Origin: Frankiaceae bacterium
GTDB taxonomy: Bacteria > Actinomycetota > Actinomycetes > JAFAQI01
DNA length: 64,000 bases
Assembly (NCBI GenBank): GCA_025929365.1
Contig: JAICMG010000003.1
Location: 507-64,506 of the forward strand
Reading direction: 5' to 3'
Positions 19,813 through 28,652 of the stretch are shown here, one piece after another. The position numbers and the translations under genes were made by a program. Under the pieces are notes generated by a model. The model ran no database searches. It saw nothing but the letters and a program-made list of their open reading frames with translations, and was not told the DNA's origin. The first letter of the stretch is position 1; each line of letters begins with the position of its first letter.

Positions 19813-21423
19813 TCAGCGCGAGTTGACCGTATCGCTGCGGCCGCCGGTGGCGCGCTCCCGGTACTCGTCGCGCAGCCTGCGCTTGTAGAGCTTGCCGTTG
19901 TCCTCCCGTGGCAGCCGGTCGACGAAGTCGACGCTGCGAGGGCACTTGTAGCCGGCGAGCCGCTCCTGCGCGAAGCGGAGCAGTTCGCCTTCCAGCGTGC
20001 CGTCGTCGGTGACTCCTGGCTGCAGCTCGACGACTGCCTTGACCGCTTCGCCCCACTCCTCGCTCGGTACGCCGATCACGGCAACGTCGCCGACCGACGG
20101 GTGAGTGATGAGAACCGCCTCGATCTCGGCGGGGTAGATGTTCACGCCGCCGGAGATGATCAGGTTCGCGCTGCGGTCGGTGAGGAACAGCCAGCCGTCG
20201 GCGTCGAGGTAGCCGACGTCGCCGACCGTGTAGTAGTCGCCGCTGTAGGTGTTCGCGGTCTTCGTCTCGTCGCCGTGGTAGGCGAACCGGCCTTCGTCGG
20301 GTGCTCGGAGGTACACGGTCCCGGCCGCGCCTGGCGGCAGCGCGACGCCGTCGTCGTCTCGGATCTCGACCTGGCCCGGCTCGGTGAGTCCCACAGTGCC
20401 GGGCCGGGCCAGCCACTGCTCGCTGTCGACGATGGTGTTGAGGCCCTCCGTCGCTCCGTAGTACTCCCAGATGATCGGCCCGAGCCAGTCGATGATCGCC
20501 TGCTTCACCGGCACCGGACACGGCGCGGCACCGTGCCAGATCTGGCGCAATGAGCTGACGTCGTACTTCGCCCGGACCTCTTCGGGCAGCGAGAGCAGCC
20601 GGTGGAACATCGTCGGCACCAGGTGCATGTGCGTGATGGCGTGCTGCTCGACGAGCCGGAGCATTCCCTCGGCGTCCCAGCCATCCATCAGCACGATCGT
20701 GACGCCGTATGCGAACGGAAGACTCACGCCGAACAGCAGCGGCGCCGCGTGATAGAGCGGGCCCGTGACGAGACTCGCGTCCTTGCCCGACTGATAGCCG
20801 CCGGAGTCACGAAGCCGCTGCATCATGACCATCGACTGGTCGGTCATCCGACCGGTGATCTCGCGGTGCACACCCTTGGGGCGCCCTGTCGTCCCCGACG
20901 TGTACATCATCGTCATGCCGAGCTTCGCGTCGGGGAGATCGTCGGTCGCGTGACCGGCGAGCGCGTCGTCGAGCGGCACGAAGCCAGGGATGTCGCCGCC
21001 GATCGACAGCTTGAGCGCCGGCGTGGCGGCAGTCGCGGCGGCTTGCGCCACCTCGCTGAACCGGATGTCGGCGAACAGGGCCTTCGCGCCGCAGTCCGCG
21101 ACGACGTACGCCGCTTCCTCGGCGGTGACGTGCCAGTTGATCGGGGTGAGCCGCAGCCCGGAGCGGTTGATCGCCTGGGACACCTCGAGGAACTCGAGCC
21201 GGTTCGAGCACAGCAGCGCGACGCTGTCGCCGTACTCGATCCCGGCCGCGCGAAGCATTCGCACGATCTGGTTGGCACGCCCGTTGAGGTCGGCGAAGGT
21301 GGCGACGGCGTCCGGCGAGATCACGGCGGGAACGTCGGGCTGAAGCTGTGCCCAGAACGAACCGAGGGACCCGGTCCGGATCGCCTGCTCGAGCGCGCTC
21401 TCGGTCATCCCACTCCTCGTCAT
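19813..21423 (-). CDS. AMP-dependent synthetase/ligase (fatty-acyl-CoA synthetase family)
   Basis: AMP-binding motif [13 protein letters not shown]. The real start is [13 protein letters not shown] (21423 or 21408); the track ORF upstream of that is a GC-frame extension. Confidence 0.85.
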   Translation of the reverse strand: MTRSGMTESALEQAIRTGSLGSFWAQLQPDVPAVISPDAVATFADLNGRANQIVRMLRAAGIEYGDSVALLCSNRLEFLEVSQAINRSGLRLTPINWHVTAEEAAYVVADCGAKALFADIRFSEVAQAAATAATPALKLSIGGDIPGFVPLDDALAGHATDDLPDAKLGMTMMYTSGTTGRPKGVHREITGRMTDQSMVMMQRLRDSGGYQSGKDASLVTGPLYHAAPLLFGVSLPFAYGVTIVLMDGWDAEGMLRLVEQHAITHMHLVPTMFHRLLSLPEEVRAKYDVSSLRQIWHGAAPCPVPVKQAIIDWLGPIIWEYYGATEGLNTIVDSEQWLARPGTVGLTEPGQVEIRDDDGVALPPGAAGTVYLRAPDEGRFAYHGDETKTANTYSGDYYTVGDVGYLDADGWLFLTDRSANLIISGGVNIYPAEIEAVLITHPSVGDVAVIGVPSEEWGEAVKAVVELQPGVTDDGTLEGELLRFAQERLAGYKCPRSVDFVDRLPREDNGKLYKRRLRDEYRERATGGRSDTVNSR

Positions 21424-21505
21424 CGCCGCGGTTTGGCCATCTGACCACGTTCTAGCCGGGTCGCGTAGCCAAACTGGAGACGAGGATCGGCGAGGAGGTG
21501 ATCGG

Positions 21506-22135
21506 GTGCGGTTCCGGAACCGGATCGACGCCGGCACGCAGCTCGCCGACCGGCTCGCGACGGCCGAGCTGACCGACCCGGTCGTCCTCGGCTTGCCGCG
21601 CGGCGGGATCCCGGTGGCGTGGGTGGTGGCGAAGCGGCTGGCCGCGCCGCTCGACGTGTTCGTGGCGCGCAAGGTCGGCGCGCCCGGCCACCAGGAGCTC
21701 GGCATCGGCGCCGTCGCAGAAGGCACCGACGACGTGACGTGGACGGAGAGCGCCCGCTTGGTCGGGTTGTCGGAGCTGCAGCTCGACGACCTGGCGCTGC
21801 AGACCCGCGCCGACGTCCAGCGCCGGATCCTCACCTACCGCGGCACCCGGCCGCTCGCGCCGGTCGAGGACAAGGACGTGATCCTCGTCGACGACGGCCT
21901 GGCGACCGGCGTGACCGCAGAGGCGGGGCTTCGCGCACTGCGGGGCGCACAGCCACGGCGGCTGATCCTGGCCGTCCCCGTCGGCGCGCCCGAGACCGTC
22001 GAGCGGCTGAGGCTCGTCGCGGACGAGGTCGTATGCGTCGCCACACCGGAGCCGTTCTTCGCGGTCGGCGAGTGGTACGACGACTTCCGCCAGACGACCG
22101 ACGAAGAAGTCCGAAAGATGCTCAAGCCGGGGTGA
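21506..22135 (+). CDS. Phosphoribosyltransferase-domain protein
   Basis: PRTase motif [16 protein letters not shown] gaggagg precedes the GTG at 21506. Confidence 0.7.
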   Translation: MRFRNRIDAGTQLADRLATAELTDPVVLGLPRGGIPVAWVVAKRLAAPLDVFVARKVGAPGHQELGIGAVAEGTDDVTWTESARLVGLSELQLDDLALQTRADVQRRILTYRGTRPLAPVEDKDVILVDDGLATGVTAEAGLRALRGAQPRRLILAVPVGAPETVERLRLVADEVVCVATPEPFFAVGEWYDDFRQTTDEEVRKMLKPG

Positions 22136-22139
22136 TGTC

Positions 22140-22667
22140 TCACAGACCGCGCGAGTAGCTGACCAGCTCCGGGTACGGCGGCCAGCCCGTCGGCCTGCTC
22201 TGCCCTTGAAGTACCCAGCCGCGTCGCTCATAGAAGCCGCGGGCTCGCGTGTTGGCCGCGAGAACATCGAGCGTGGCTCGGGAATGTCCGCGCGACACGA
22301 TCTGGGCCAATGCATGGTCGTGAAGCTGCGACGCAATTCCCCGATTCCACTGCTCGGGGACGACGAACAACGCTTCGAGGCTGTCATCGATTGATCCGAC
22401 GACCCCAACGGGAACCTGGTCGAGCATCGCGATCGTCACGCTTGTCTTGCCTTGCAGCCGCTCAGTCCACTCGTCGCTGACCACCTGCGCCGGAAACGGG
22501 TAGATCGCCTGATCAAAGATGTGGGCGTAGCCCACGACCGTTGACGCGCGTTGGACCGCCACACATGCGTCGAGATCAGCCGCGACCGCGATCCGAAGGT
22601 CAACCTCCACAATGCCCGTCATTGCAGCAGGTGGATCGACGGCCGCGCTTCCACGTTTCGGCGCCAC
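22140..22667 (-). CDS. GNAT family N-acetyltransferase
   Basis: Acetyl-CoA-binding motif ...RGIASQLHDHALAQ... with a GNAT fold. Confidence 0.65.
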   Translation of the reverse strand: MAPKRGSAAVDPPAAMTGIVEVDLRIAVAADLDACVAVQRASTVVGYAHIFDQAIYPFPAQVVSDEWTERLQGKTSVTIAMLDQVPVGVVGSIDDSLEALFVVPEQWNRGIASQLHDHALAQIVSRGHSRATLDVLAANTRARGFYERRGWVLQGQSRPTGWPPYPELVSYSRGL

Positions 22668-23300
22668 TTACCTGAGCATGGCCCGCCGCAGCGCGGTGAT
22701 CCCTTCGCCGGACAGATCCTCGAGCGCGACGGCGCGCCCGGCCATGGTCATCACGAGCGCCTCGGCAGGGCCCCGGACCTCTGGCCCGCTGCCGTGCGAC
22801 CAGTCCGCATCCGTGGCGACGAGCCGCAGGCCGGCGATGTGCTTTTTGGCGCGGAAGACGATGCTGGTCGCGACGAAGTCCGCGACGGCAACGAGATGTG
22901 CCTCAGGCGGATCGCGCCGGATCCCGAGCGGCCGGCAGATGTCCTGACCGTGAACGAAGACGTGAGTCAACGCACTGATCGGCGAACCATCCGCGGATGC
23001 CGCGAGATCGGCCGCGGTATCGCGGAAAGCGCGCAAGATCACCGCGGGGTCCGCCCGACCCCGTCGCTGGCCGTCAACTGCCACCCAGCGGTTGTAGTCG
23101 AAGCGATAGCGGATCAAGCCAGAGACAACAGCGCGCGGCTTAAAGGCTCCTTCGGCGCCTGCAGTCACATGTGCGAGCACATCTCTCACACGCCAGGCGT
23201 CGCACAGCGACGGCGAGCTCCACTGGTCGTCGGTGAGGTCGGCGAGGGCGTCCGCGAGATCGTGAGTCTCCACCCGAACCGCCAACCAGCCTTCCGACAC
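22668..23300 (-). CDS. Maleylpyruvate-isomerase-family / mycothiol-dependent (DinB_2-like) metal-binding protein
   Basis: N-terminal WSSPSLCDAWRVRDVLAHV motif typical of the TIGR03083 family. Confidence 0.6.
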   Translation of the reverse strand: MSEGWLAVRVETHDLADALADLTDDQWSSPSLCDAWRVRDVLAHVTAGAEGAFKPRAVVSGLIRYRFDYNRWVAVDGQRRGRADPAVILRAFRDTAADLAASADGSPISALTHVFVHGQDICRPLGIRRDPPEAHLVAVADFVATSIVFRAKKHIAGLRLVATDADWSHGSGPEVRGPAEALVMTMAGRAVALEDLSGEGITALRRAMLR

Positions 23301-23359
23301 AGGCCGATTCTCGCCGACGGTGGGAGCAGCCGATAAATCGGATTGAAGGCGGCGAAGGG

Positions 23360-23953
23360 GTGGGGCAGGCTCCGCGCGTGGAGGCGTGCACGTTTCGGAT
23401 CGCGACCGACCCTGACGCCGAGGCAGTCGCTCGGCTGCACGCGGAGAGCTGGCGGCGGCACTACCGCGGCGCCTACTCGGACGCGTTCCTGGACGGCGAC
23501 GTTCTCAGCGACCGACTGTCGGTCTGGTCGGACCGGTTGAACGTCCCGTCCGAGACGACGCGCACCTTTGTGGCCGAGCTCGACGGCGTACCGGTCGGAT
23601 TCGCCCATGTCGTCCTCGACGCCGATCCGATCTTGGGCGCATTGCTCGACAACCTCCATGTCGATGTTGCCAACCAGCGCAGCGGGATCGGCTCGGCTCT
23701 TATGGCTCGCAGCGGCCGATTCGTCGCCGAGGCGCGGCCCGCGTCGGGCCTCTACTTGTGGGTACTCGAGCAGAACACTGCCGCGCAGGCCTTCTACCGG
23801 GCGATCGGCGGGGAGCCTGCCGACTCGGCGCCCGTCGAGACGGTCGGTGGTGTCGAGGGCCGCCTCAACGGCACGCCGACGAAGGTGCGCTACACCTGGG
23901 CCGAGCCATCCGTCCTCGAGACCTCTGACCTGCGGCGATCACTTAGGTCGTAG
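23360..23953 (+). CDS. GNAT family N-acetyltransferase
   Basis: Acetyl-CoA-binding motif NQRSGIGSALMAR. The start may be the internal V/M. Confidence 0.65.
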   Translation: MGQAPRVEACTFRIATDPDAEAVARLHAESWRRHYRGAYSDAFLDGDVLSDRLSVWSDRLNVPSETTRTFVAELDGVPVGFAHVVLDADPILGALLDNLHVDVANQRSGIGSALMARSGRFVAEARPASGLYLWVLEQNTAAQAFYRAIGGEPADSAPVETVGGVEGRLNGTPTKVRYTWAEPSVLETSDLRRSLRS

Positions 23954-24218
23954 CGAGTTCCGCGCCCCAAGGATTGTCGACGTACAGCAGCCACCCGCCC
24001 GCGTGGTCGCGCCGCGCGATCTCGCTGCCCCGGAAGTCGAGCTCGATCGTGTGCCGTCCGGGGTGGCCACGGTCGCCGACCACCGGGAGCAGAGCAGCGC
24101 GACATCGCCGTTGTCGAACGCATAGGAGGCTTGGATCTGCATCTTCGGACTCATGGCCAGGAGCTGCTGGAGGTGCTTCCGGATCGCCTCGGCGCCCGTG
24201 GTCCGAGCGCGACGTCAC
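23939..24218 (-). pseudogene. Frameshifted, N-terminally truncated NTF2-like (SnoaL/DUF4440-type) gene remnant
   Basis: Two overlapping minus-strand frames together encode ...IQASYAFDNGDVALLCSRWSATVATPDGT / HTIELDFRGSEIARRDHAGGWLLYVDNPWG. That is the C-terminal half of an NTF2-fold protein split by a frameshift. Confidence 0.45.
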
Positions 24219-24239
24219 CGAGCTCGTCGTCCGCGGTCA

Positions 24240-24438
24240 CTCGACCCGCGAGGTAGCCCAGCAACTCCACCTGTCACCGCTCACCGTGCAGGACCACCTG
24301 AAGTCGATCTTCGCGAAGACGGGCGTGCGCACCCGACGAGAGCTCGTATCGCGGATCTTCGTCGACCACTACGAGCCACACCTCAAGGTCGGGGCCACCC
24401 CCACCTCGAGCGGCTACTTCCCGGCGGCCGGTGACTGA
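24240..24438 (+). pseudogene. LuxR-family HTH C-terminal fragment (no receiver/N-terminal domain)
   Basis: Only ...SERDVTELVVRGHSTREVAQQLHLSPLTVQDHLKSIFAKTGVRTRRELV... is recognisable. The upstream part of the track ORF is antisense to the NTF2 remnant. Confidence 0.5.
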
Positions 24439-24449
24439 CCCCGTCGTTC

Positions 24450-24473
24450 TGTAGGAACCGACTGGACTTGTCC
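24450..24473. repeat. Tn7-like left-end terminal inverted repeat (plus a subterminal yTGTCC repeat at 24509-24515)
   Basis: 16 of 24 positions match the right end, including the terminal TGTAGG and the internal TGTCC. Confidence 0.8.
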
Positions 24474-25025
24474 TAGGCCGAGCGTGGCCGGGACACCGTT
24501 CCACGTTAGTTGTCCAGGGAATTCCGCGGATAGATGCCCATTCCCCTCTTCGAGCTCGCCAACAGTGCGTTGCAACGCGTTCCGCACGGCAACCGTCTCC
24601 TGCCCGACCGCAACGTTCTTGCCAGGCATCAATACCCCTGCCCGTCGTCACAACACTCGGGGCGCTCTCACACGAACTGGACCGACGTAAGGGGGACGGG
24701 TCCGTAGCAGGCTCCCCGTGCGAGACTCCCAGCCGCAACCTGTGACGGCGGTGCCGGAGGTGTCGAAGGCTGGGGCAAGTACTGCCCGCTACGCGCGCGG
24801 GTGGGGCGCGGTCGCGCGCTAGAGGAGCGACGCGGTCGCGCTTGCTCACGTTGCCCAAGCCGAAGGATTCGGGAAGGACCGATTCGTACGATGGCCGTGC
24901 TAGGCGTGGCGCTGGTCATCGGCGCGCCCATCGTCTCTGTCCTCGCTGGCTTCGCGTTGACGAGGTGGACGGGTGTCGGCGCGAACGAGCTATTTTGGCG
25001 TGGCCTTGTCTGGCGCAGGCATGTG

Positions 25026-25301
25026 ATGGATCTTCCGCCCGTGGTCGAGAACTATCAGTGGACGTCGTTCCCTGAGGCCGCGCGGTATCTCGGGCTTGCC
25101 GAAAGGCGGCTCCGCGCATCGGTCTCGGCGGGAGTCCTCAAGCGAGCAACTAACTATGCGGGCGAGGTGGGCGTCACCCGCTCCTCCATCGAGCGGGAGC
25201 TGGAATGGCGCCGGAACTCGACAAGGAAGGACCGGGCGCGGCGGGCAGCACTTATCGCCCTTTCCGTCTTGTTCGGGCCCTACAAAGACTATCGTCGGTA
25301 A
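25026..25301 (+). CDS. Excisionase/AlpA-like helix-turn-helix protein (element cargo)
   Basis: WTSFPEAARYLGLAERRLRASVSAGVLKRATNYAGEVGVTRSSIERELEWRR resembles Xis/AlpA-type HTH proteins. An alternative longer start at 24891 adds a TM helix. Confidence 0.4.
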   Translation: MDLPPVVENYQWTSFPEAARYLGLAERRLRASVSAGVLKRATNYAGEVGVTRSSIERELEWRRNSTRKDRARRAALIALSVLFGPYKDYRR

Positions 25302-25417
25302 CTGCCGTTGTAAGACGGGTGCCCGTGCGGCAGAAGCCGCCTCGCATGACCCACGCGTCGTGGCCAACTTTCCGCCACGCAATGGCAGAGTCGCGGCGTG
25401 TCGTGCCCGCGACGACA

Positions 25418-26371
25418 TCAGCGGCTGTATCTCTGCCGGTGGTCGAAGTAAAGCTGTCCGATCACGAGACTCCATGACTGATGTGGTCGCTGAGCACACG
25501 CCGCAACCGCCGCGCTTGTGAAAGCAGTCCGCAGCCGTTCAGATGCCGGACGCCCTGACGATTTACCACCACGCAGCGTGTTGAGGACAGTACTAGCTTC
25601 GGCCAACCGGGTCGTGGCGGGAAAGGCCAGAAACCCCCGGCAGGTACCTAGTTGACGACCAGATAGGCCTAGACCTCCCAAGGGCGGCTGTGAAGTGGCG
25701 ACTTCGTTGGCGGGAGGCGCGACGACGTGCACGGCGGTCCCGAAGTCGGACAACTGTTCAGTGATGTCCGCAGAGCGACCGCTCCCGGTGCCGGTCAGAT
25801 GGAGTTGCCGAAGTCGGCCCTCCTGATCGATCCATATCGTGATGGTGCCGACTACCCCGGGGCCCCACGCGCGAAGGCGCCCGCTAAGCTCGGTAGTTGA
25901 GACGTCGCCCAGTGAGGTCTTTCCCCTAGACGTTACTCCCAACAGTCGGTGGCTGAGTGAGCTCAACGTTGTTACCGGATCGCCTAGGACGTCTAGCAAC
26001 CCACCCAGCGCCGGCCGATTGGCGGCAGAGGAGACACGTAGCCACGTGGGGCCGCCGCTTCCAGCAGCGTTTGTGCGCGAGATATACGTCGTCGCGCCGA
26101 CGATGATCAGCCGCGCCGTCTGACCCGCCGCGACAATCTTCAGATCCGCACGTTTGGAGGCCCAGTCCACCACTCCCGCGCCGCGAAAGGCCTGCGCCGC
26201 GCGACCCTCGTCATGCACAGTGCCGGCTACCGACATCCGGAAGCTATGCGCTGCGGACAGGGCCGAAGACACGCCGACCAACAACGTCTGTGAGCCCTGG
26301 TTGCCGTTCGGGCTTGCTCCGCATCCCGCGACCATCGCGCCGGCAATACTCATGGCAACGGCGGGCCCCAT
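25418..26371 (-). CDS. Putative lipoprotein (element cargo)
   Basis: MGPAVAMSIAGAMVAGC has a signal peptide with a VAGC lipobox. The 3' part of the ORF is low-GC and may be non-coding read-through. Confidence 0.5.
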   Translation of the reverse strand: MGPAVAMSIAGAMVAGCGASPNGNQGSQTLLVGVSSALSAAHSFRMSVAGTVHDEGRAAQAFRGAGVVDWASKRADLKIVAAGQTARLIIVGATTYISRTNAAGSGGPTWLRVSSAANRPALGGLLDVLGDPVTTLSSLSHRLLGVTSRGKTSLGDVSTTELSGRLRAWGPGVVGTITIWIDQEGRLRQLHLTGTGSGRSADITEQLSDFGTAVHVVAPPANEVATSQPPLGGLGLSGRQLGTCRGFLAFPATTRLAEASTVLNTLRGGKSSGRPASERLRTAFTSAAVAACAQRPHQSWSLVIGQLYFDHRQRYSR

Positions 26372-26403
26372 CCGGCGGTGCAAGAATCGAACACCTACCT
26401 TCG

Positions 26404-26664
26404 CTAACACTCAGCCATCCCAGAATTTGCTCCTGAAGAACGATAACGCTCGAGGACAGGTCGGCGGGCCGAATCCGCGCTCCGGGCGTAGTACGCCGGC
26501 AACAGCCCGGAAATCACGGAAGCACCTTGCCCTACTCCGAGCACCGTCCCGACAGTCAGGTGAAAGCCGACCAATCCACCTGCTCCGGAAGAGCAGGCGT
26601 TGGGGAAACGCAACGCCCGTAGGCAATCACCCACGATGAAGTCAACGCACCGGCCCCTCCCCAA
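26404..26664 (-). CDS. Small ORF immediately downstream of the RHS toxin tip; candidate immunity protein
   Basis: Its position is the only evidence. An 86-aa ORF starts 1 nt after the toxin stop and has a hydrophobic segment. Confidence 0.2.
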   Translation of the reverse strand: MGRGRCVDFIVGDCLRALRFPNACSSGAGGLVGFHLTVGTVLGVGQGASVISGLLPAYYARSADSARRPVLERYRSSGANSGMAEC

Positions 26665-27957
26665 TCACACGCGCCAGGGCCGCGAGTGCCATAGACCGCC
26701 ATCTGAGGAAACGACCTTGTACTCATTATCGGAATGCCCTAAGATCCTCCACTGCCATTTCGGGTAAAAGAAGACCAGAGTTCTCTCTTCTTCGTAGATT
26801 GTCCTTACCGAGGAGTAGCCAGACCGACATTCGTGGTACTGATTGCATTCGGTCCAAGTTTCCTCCTGAAACTCAACAGCTTCGCGCGTTTGGTGCCGTT
26901 GGTTGAACGCTAACTCTAAAATGACGTCACAGCCGGGACAGGAATCACCCTCGGCCTCTTTTTCAGAACTGTCTCTCCAGGGCCCGATGACGTCATATTT
27001 ATCTTGAAGCTGCATTATAGGAGTGGTCTGTTTCCAGACCGCTTTCGCGCGGCGGTGGTGGATGGGCCGAGGGGCCGTCCCAGACAAGCCGCCCCCTGAA
27101 TCGCCGACCACAGAGGTGCCGTCGAGGTCAAAGCTGTTGACAGGATCTTGGTTGCAGTAGTCGTAGTCATTGGCGCTACCGCCGGAGACCGGATCCACCG
27201 TGGTGAAGCGGCCCAGGTACGGGTCGTAGACCCGTTCGCCCATACTGACCAGCCCAGCGAGGCCGCCGGAATCTCGACGTTTGCCCCCTAGCCAACCGTA
27301 GTTGGCCGGATGCGTCGTATCGGCGGCGCGCGGTACGCCGAACTCCGTGCTCTCGAAGTAAGCCGTCATCGAGGGCGTCCCGGTTGGCGGGTCAGTGAGG
27401 GTAGCGATCACGTCGCCGTGAGGATTGACGATCTGCAGCGCGACGGAATCCGCGCGAGGCGCTTCGGCGCTCTGGTGGTAGTGGGTTCGGATCGCCGCGA
27501 GGTTTCCGGCGATATCGGTGTAGTTGGTCGTCGACGAGCCGTCGGAGCCGACGATCGACGATGCTGAGTCGCCCGGATCCGCGTAGATGTTGGTGGTGGT
27601 GAGACCTGTCGCGCTGCTCCCCTGTGACAGGATTCGACCCGCAGGGTCGAGATTGAATGTGTCGGTGTTGGTGCCGTCGTTCTCGCTGCGGACCATACCG
27701 TCGGCGTAGTAACTGAGGGCGACGCTACCCGTCCCGCCGACGGCGGTGTCCGTTGCTGGAAGAGCGGTGATGCGGCCCATCGGGTCGTAGGTGTAGCCGG
27801 CATTGGTGATGTGGTCAGCCGAATCGTGCGACCAGTAGGTCGTGGTTGGCGTGGTCGCCGTGGAACAAAGACCGTTGCTGCTGGGATACGTGACCAGAGC
27901 CGAGTCATACGCCTGCTGGTCTGAGCGCGGGCACCGGCTGCCGGACTGAGCCCTTCG
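26665..27957 (-). CDS. Orphan RHS/YD-repeat C-terminal fragment ending in an uncharacterised polymorphic-toxin domain
   Basis: YD repeats (YTYDPMGRITAL...). RHS core end motif GRFTTVDPVSGGSANDYDYCNQDPVNSFDLDGT. It ends in a ~160-aa low-GC tip (…CPGCDVILELAF…YHECRSG…). The frame opens right after a TAA at ~27958; the first ATG is at 27780. The N-terminal >1000 aa of a normal RHS protein are missing. Confidence 0.75.
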   Translation of the reverse strand, partial: RRAQSGSRCPRSDQQAYDSALVTYPSSNGLCSTATTPTTTYWSHDSADHITNAGYTYDPMGRITALPATDTAVGGTGSVALSYYADGMVRSENDGTNTDTFNLDPAGRILSQGSSATGLTTTNIYADPGDSASSIVGSDGSSTTNYTDIAGNLAAIRTHYHQSAEAPRADSVALQIVNPHGDVIATLTDPPTGTPSMTAYFESTEFGVPRAADTTHPANYGWLGGKRRDSGGLAGLVSMGERVYDPYLGRFTTVDPVSGGSANDYDYCNQDPVNSFDLDGTSVVGDSGGGLSGTAPRPIHHRRAKAVWKQTTPIMQLQDKYDVIGPWRDSSEKEAEGDSCPGCDVILELAFNQRHQTREAVEFQEETWTECNQYHECRSGYSSVRTIYEEERTLVFFYPKWQWRILGHSDNEYKVVSSDGGLWHSRPWRV

Positions 27958-28652
27958 TTAAGTAGCGGGCGCAGATCAAGGCCGACCAGGAGCAGGGTTA
28001 CTGGCAGGGTGTTTACGAGTGATTTGAAGTGGTTCGCAACCTCTCGGTCGTCGCGACGGGCCATGTTGAGGAAGTGAGCCTCGTCAACGATGAGGAGCTT
28101 CGTTTCACAGGCCAGCACACAATCAGCCGCGCGGAACATGAGGTCGGTTGCGGTAGCGCGATGTCCGCCGGGGTGCGCGTAGAACCGGCACAGCATCGAA
28201 CTGAACGCCTTGGTCGTCGTGTTGCCGGCCAGCGTGACATGGGCAACTGGTATCCGCACATCGCCCGAGGCGGTGTGCGTTCCGTAGGCCTCGATCTGCT
28301 GGCGATGGAAGTCCCGGCCGAACGTCTCTGCGATCGTGGACTTCCCCACGCCGGCAACTGCGTCGACCGCTGCGCTGGTGCGCACGCGGTGGCCGTCCTG
28401 ACGATTCGACGCGAGCAACAGACGGAGACGGCGGTGAACCGCGTGCATCTGGGGAGTCCTGATGGGGCCGAGATTGGCGTGCCAGTATGCCCGCAGGTCG
28501 TCGTAGCGAGTGCGCTCGGCCCTGCCCATGCGTTTGAGCTCCGCGGGCTCATATGTCGCCGGCCTGACCGGAGGCGTGCGGTCGCAATACTTGAACCAAT
28601 CCTCCTTCACGTTCAAGTTGAGAAGGCACTCGGGGTTCTGTCGCGTGTTCAT
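27950..28652 (-). pseudogene. tnsC: tnsC/tniB-like AAA+ transposition ATPase, C-terminally truncated at the RHS junction
   Basis: Walker A VAGVGKSTIAETF and Walker B LLIVDEAHFL are present. Homology stops at ...LVGLDLRPLLNEGL (~27950). Beyond that the track ORF reads the RHS DNA in another frame. Confidence 0.7.

Noticed and set aside
21452-22408. 318-aa minus-strand ORF overlapping the phosphoribosyltransferase gene
   Set aside because: Low-complexity Arg/Gly/Asp-rich translation with no domain signal. The plus-strand PRTase has a clear motif and RBS.
25418-25700. C-terminal 90 aa of the lipoprotein ORF as real coding sequence
   Set aside because: The region is AT-richer and the translation becomes low-complexity. 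The ORF is open by chance until 25418, so the true stop is unknown and only the N-terminal lipoprotein part is trusted.
27408-28652. 414-aa tnsC-like ORF as a full-length protein
   Set aside because: Only the first ~235 aa resemble an AAA+ TnsC/TniB. The rest is the RHS fragment read in the wrong frame (Pro/Thr/Arg-rich), so it is treated as a truncated pseudogene rather than a long TnsC.
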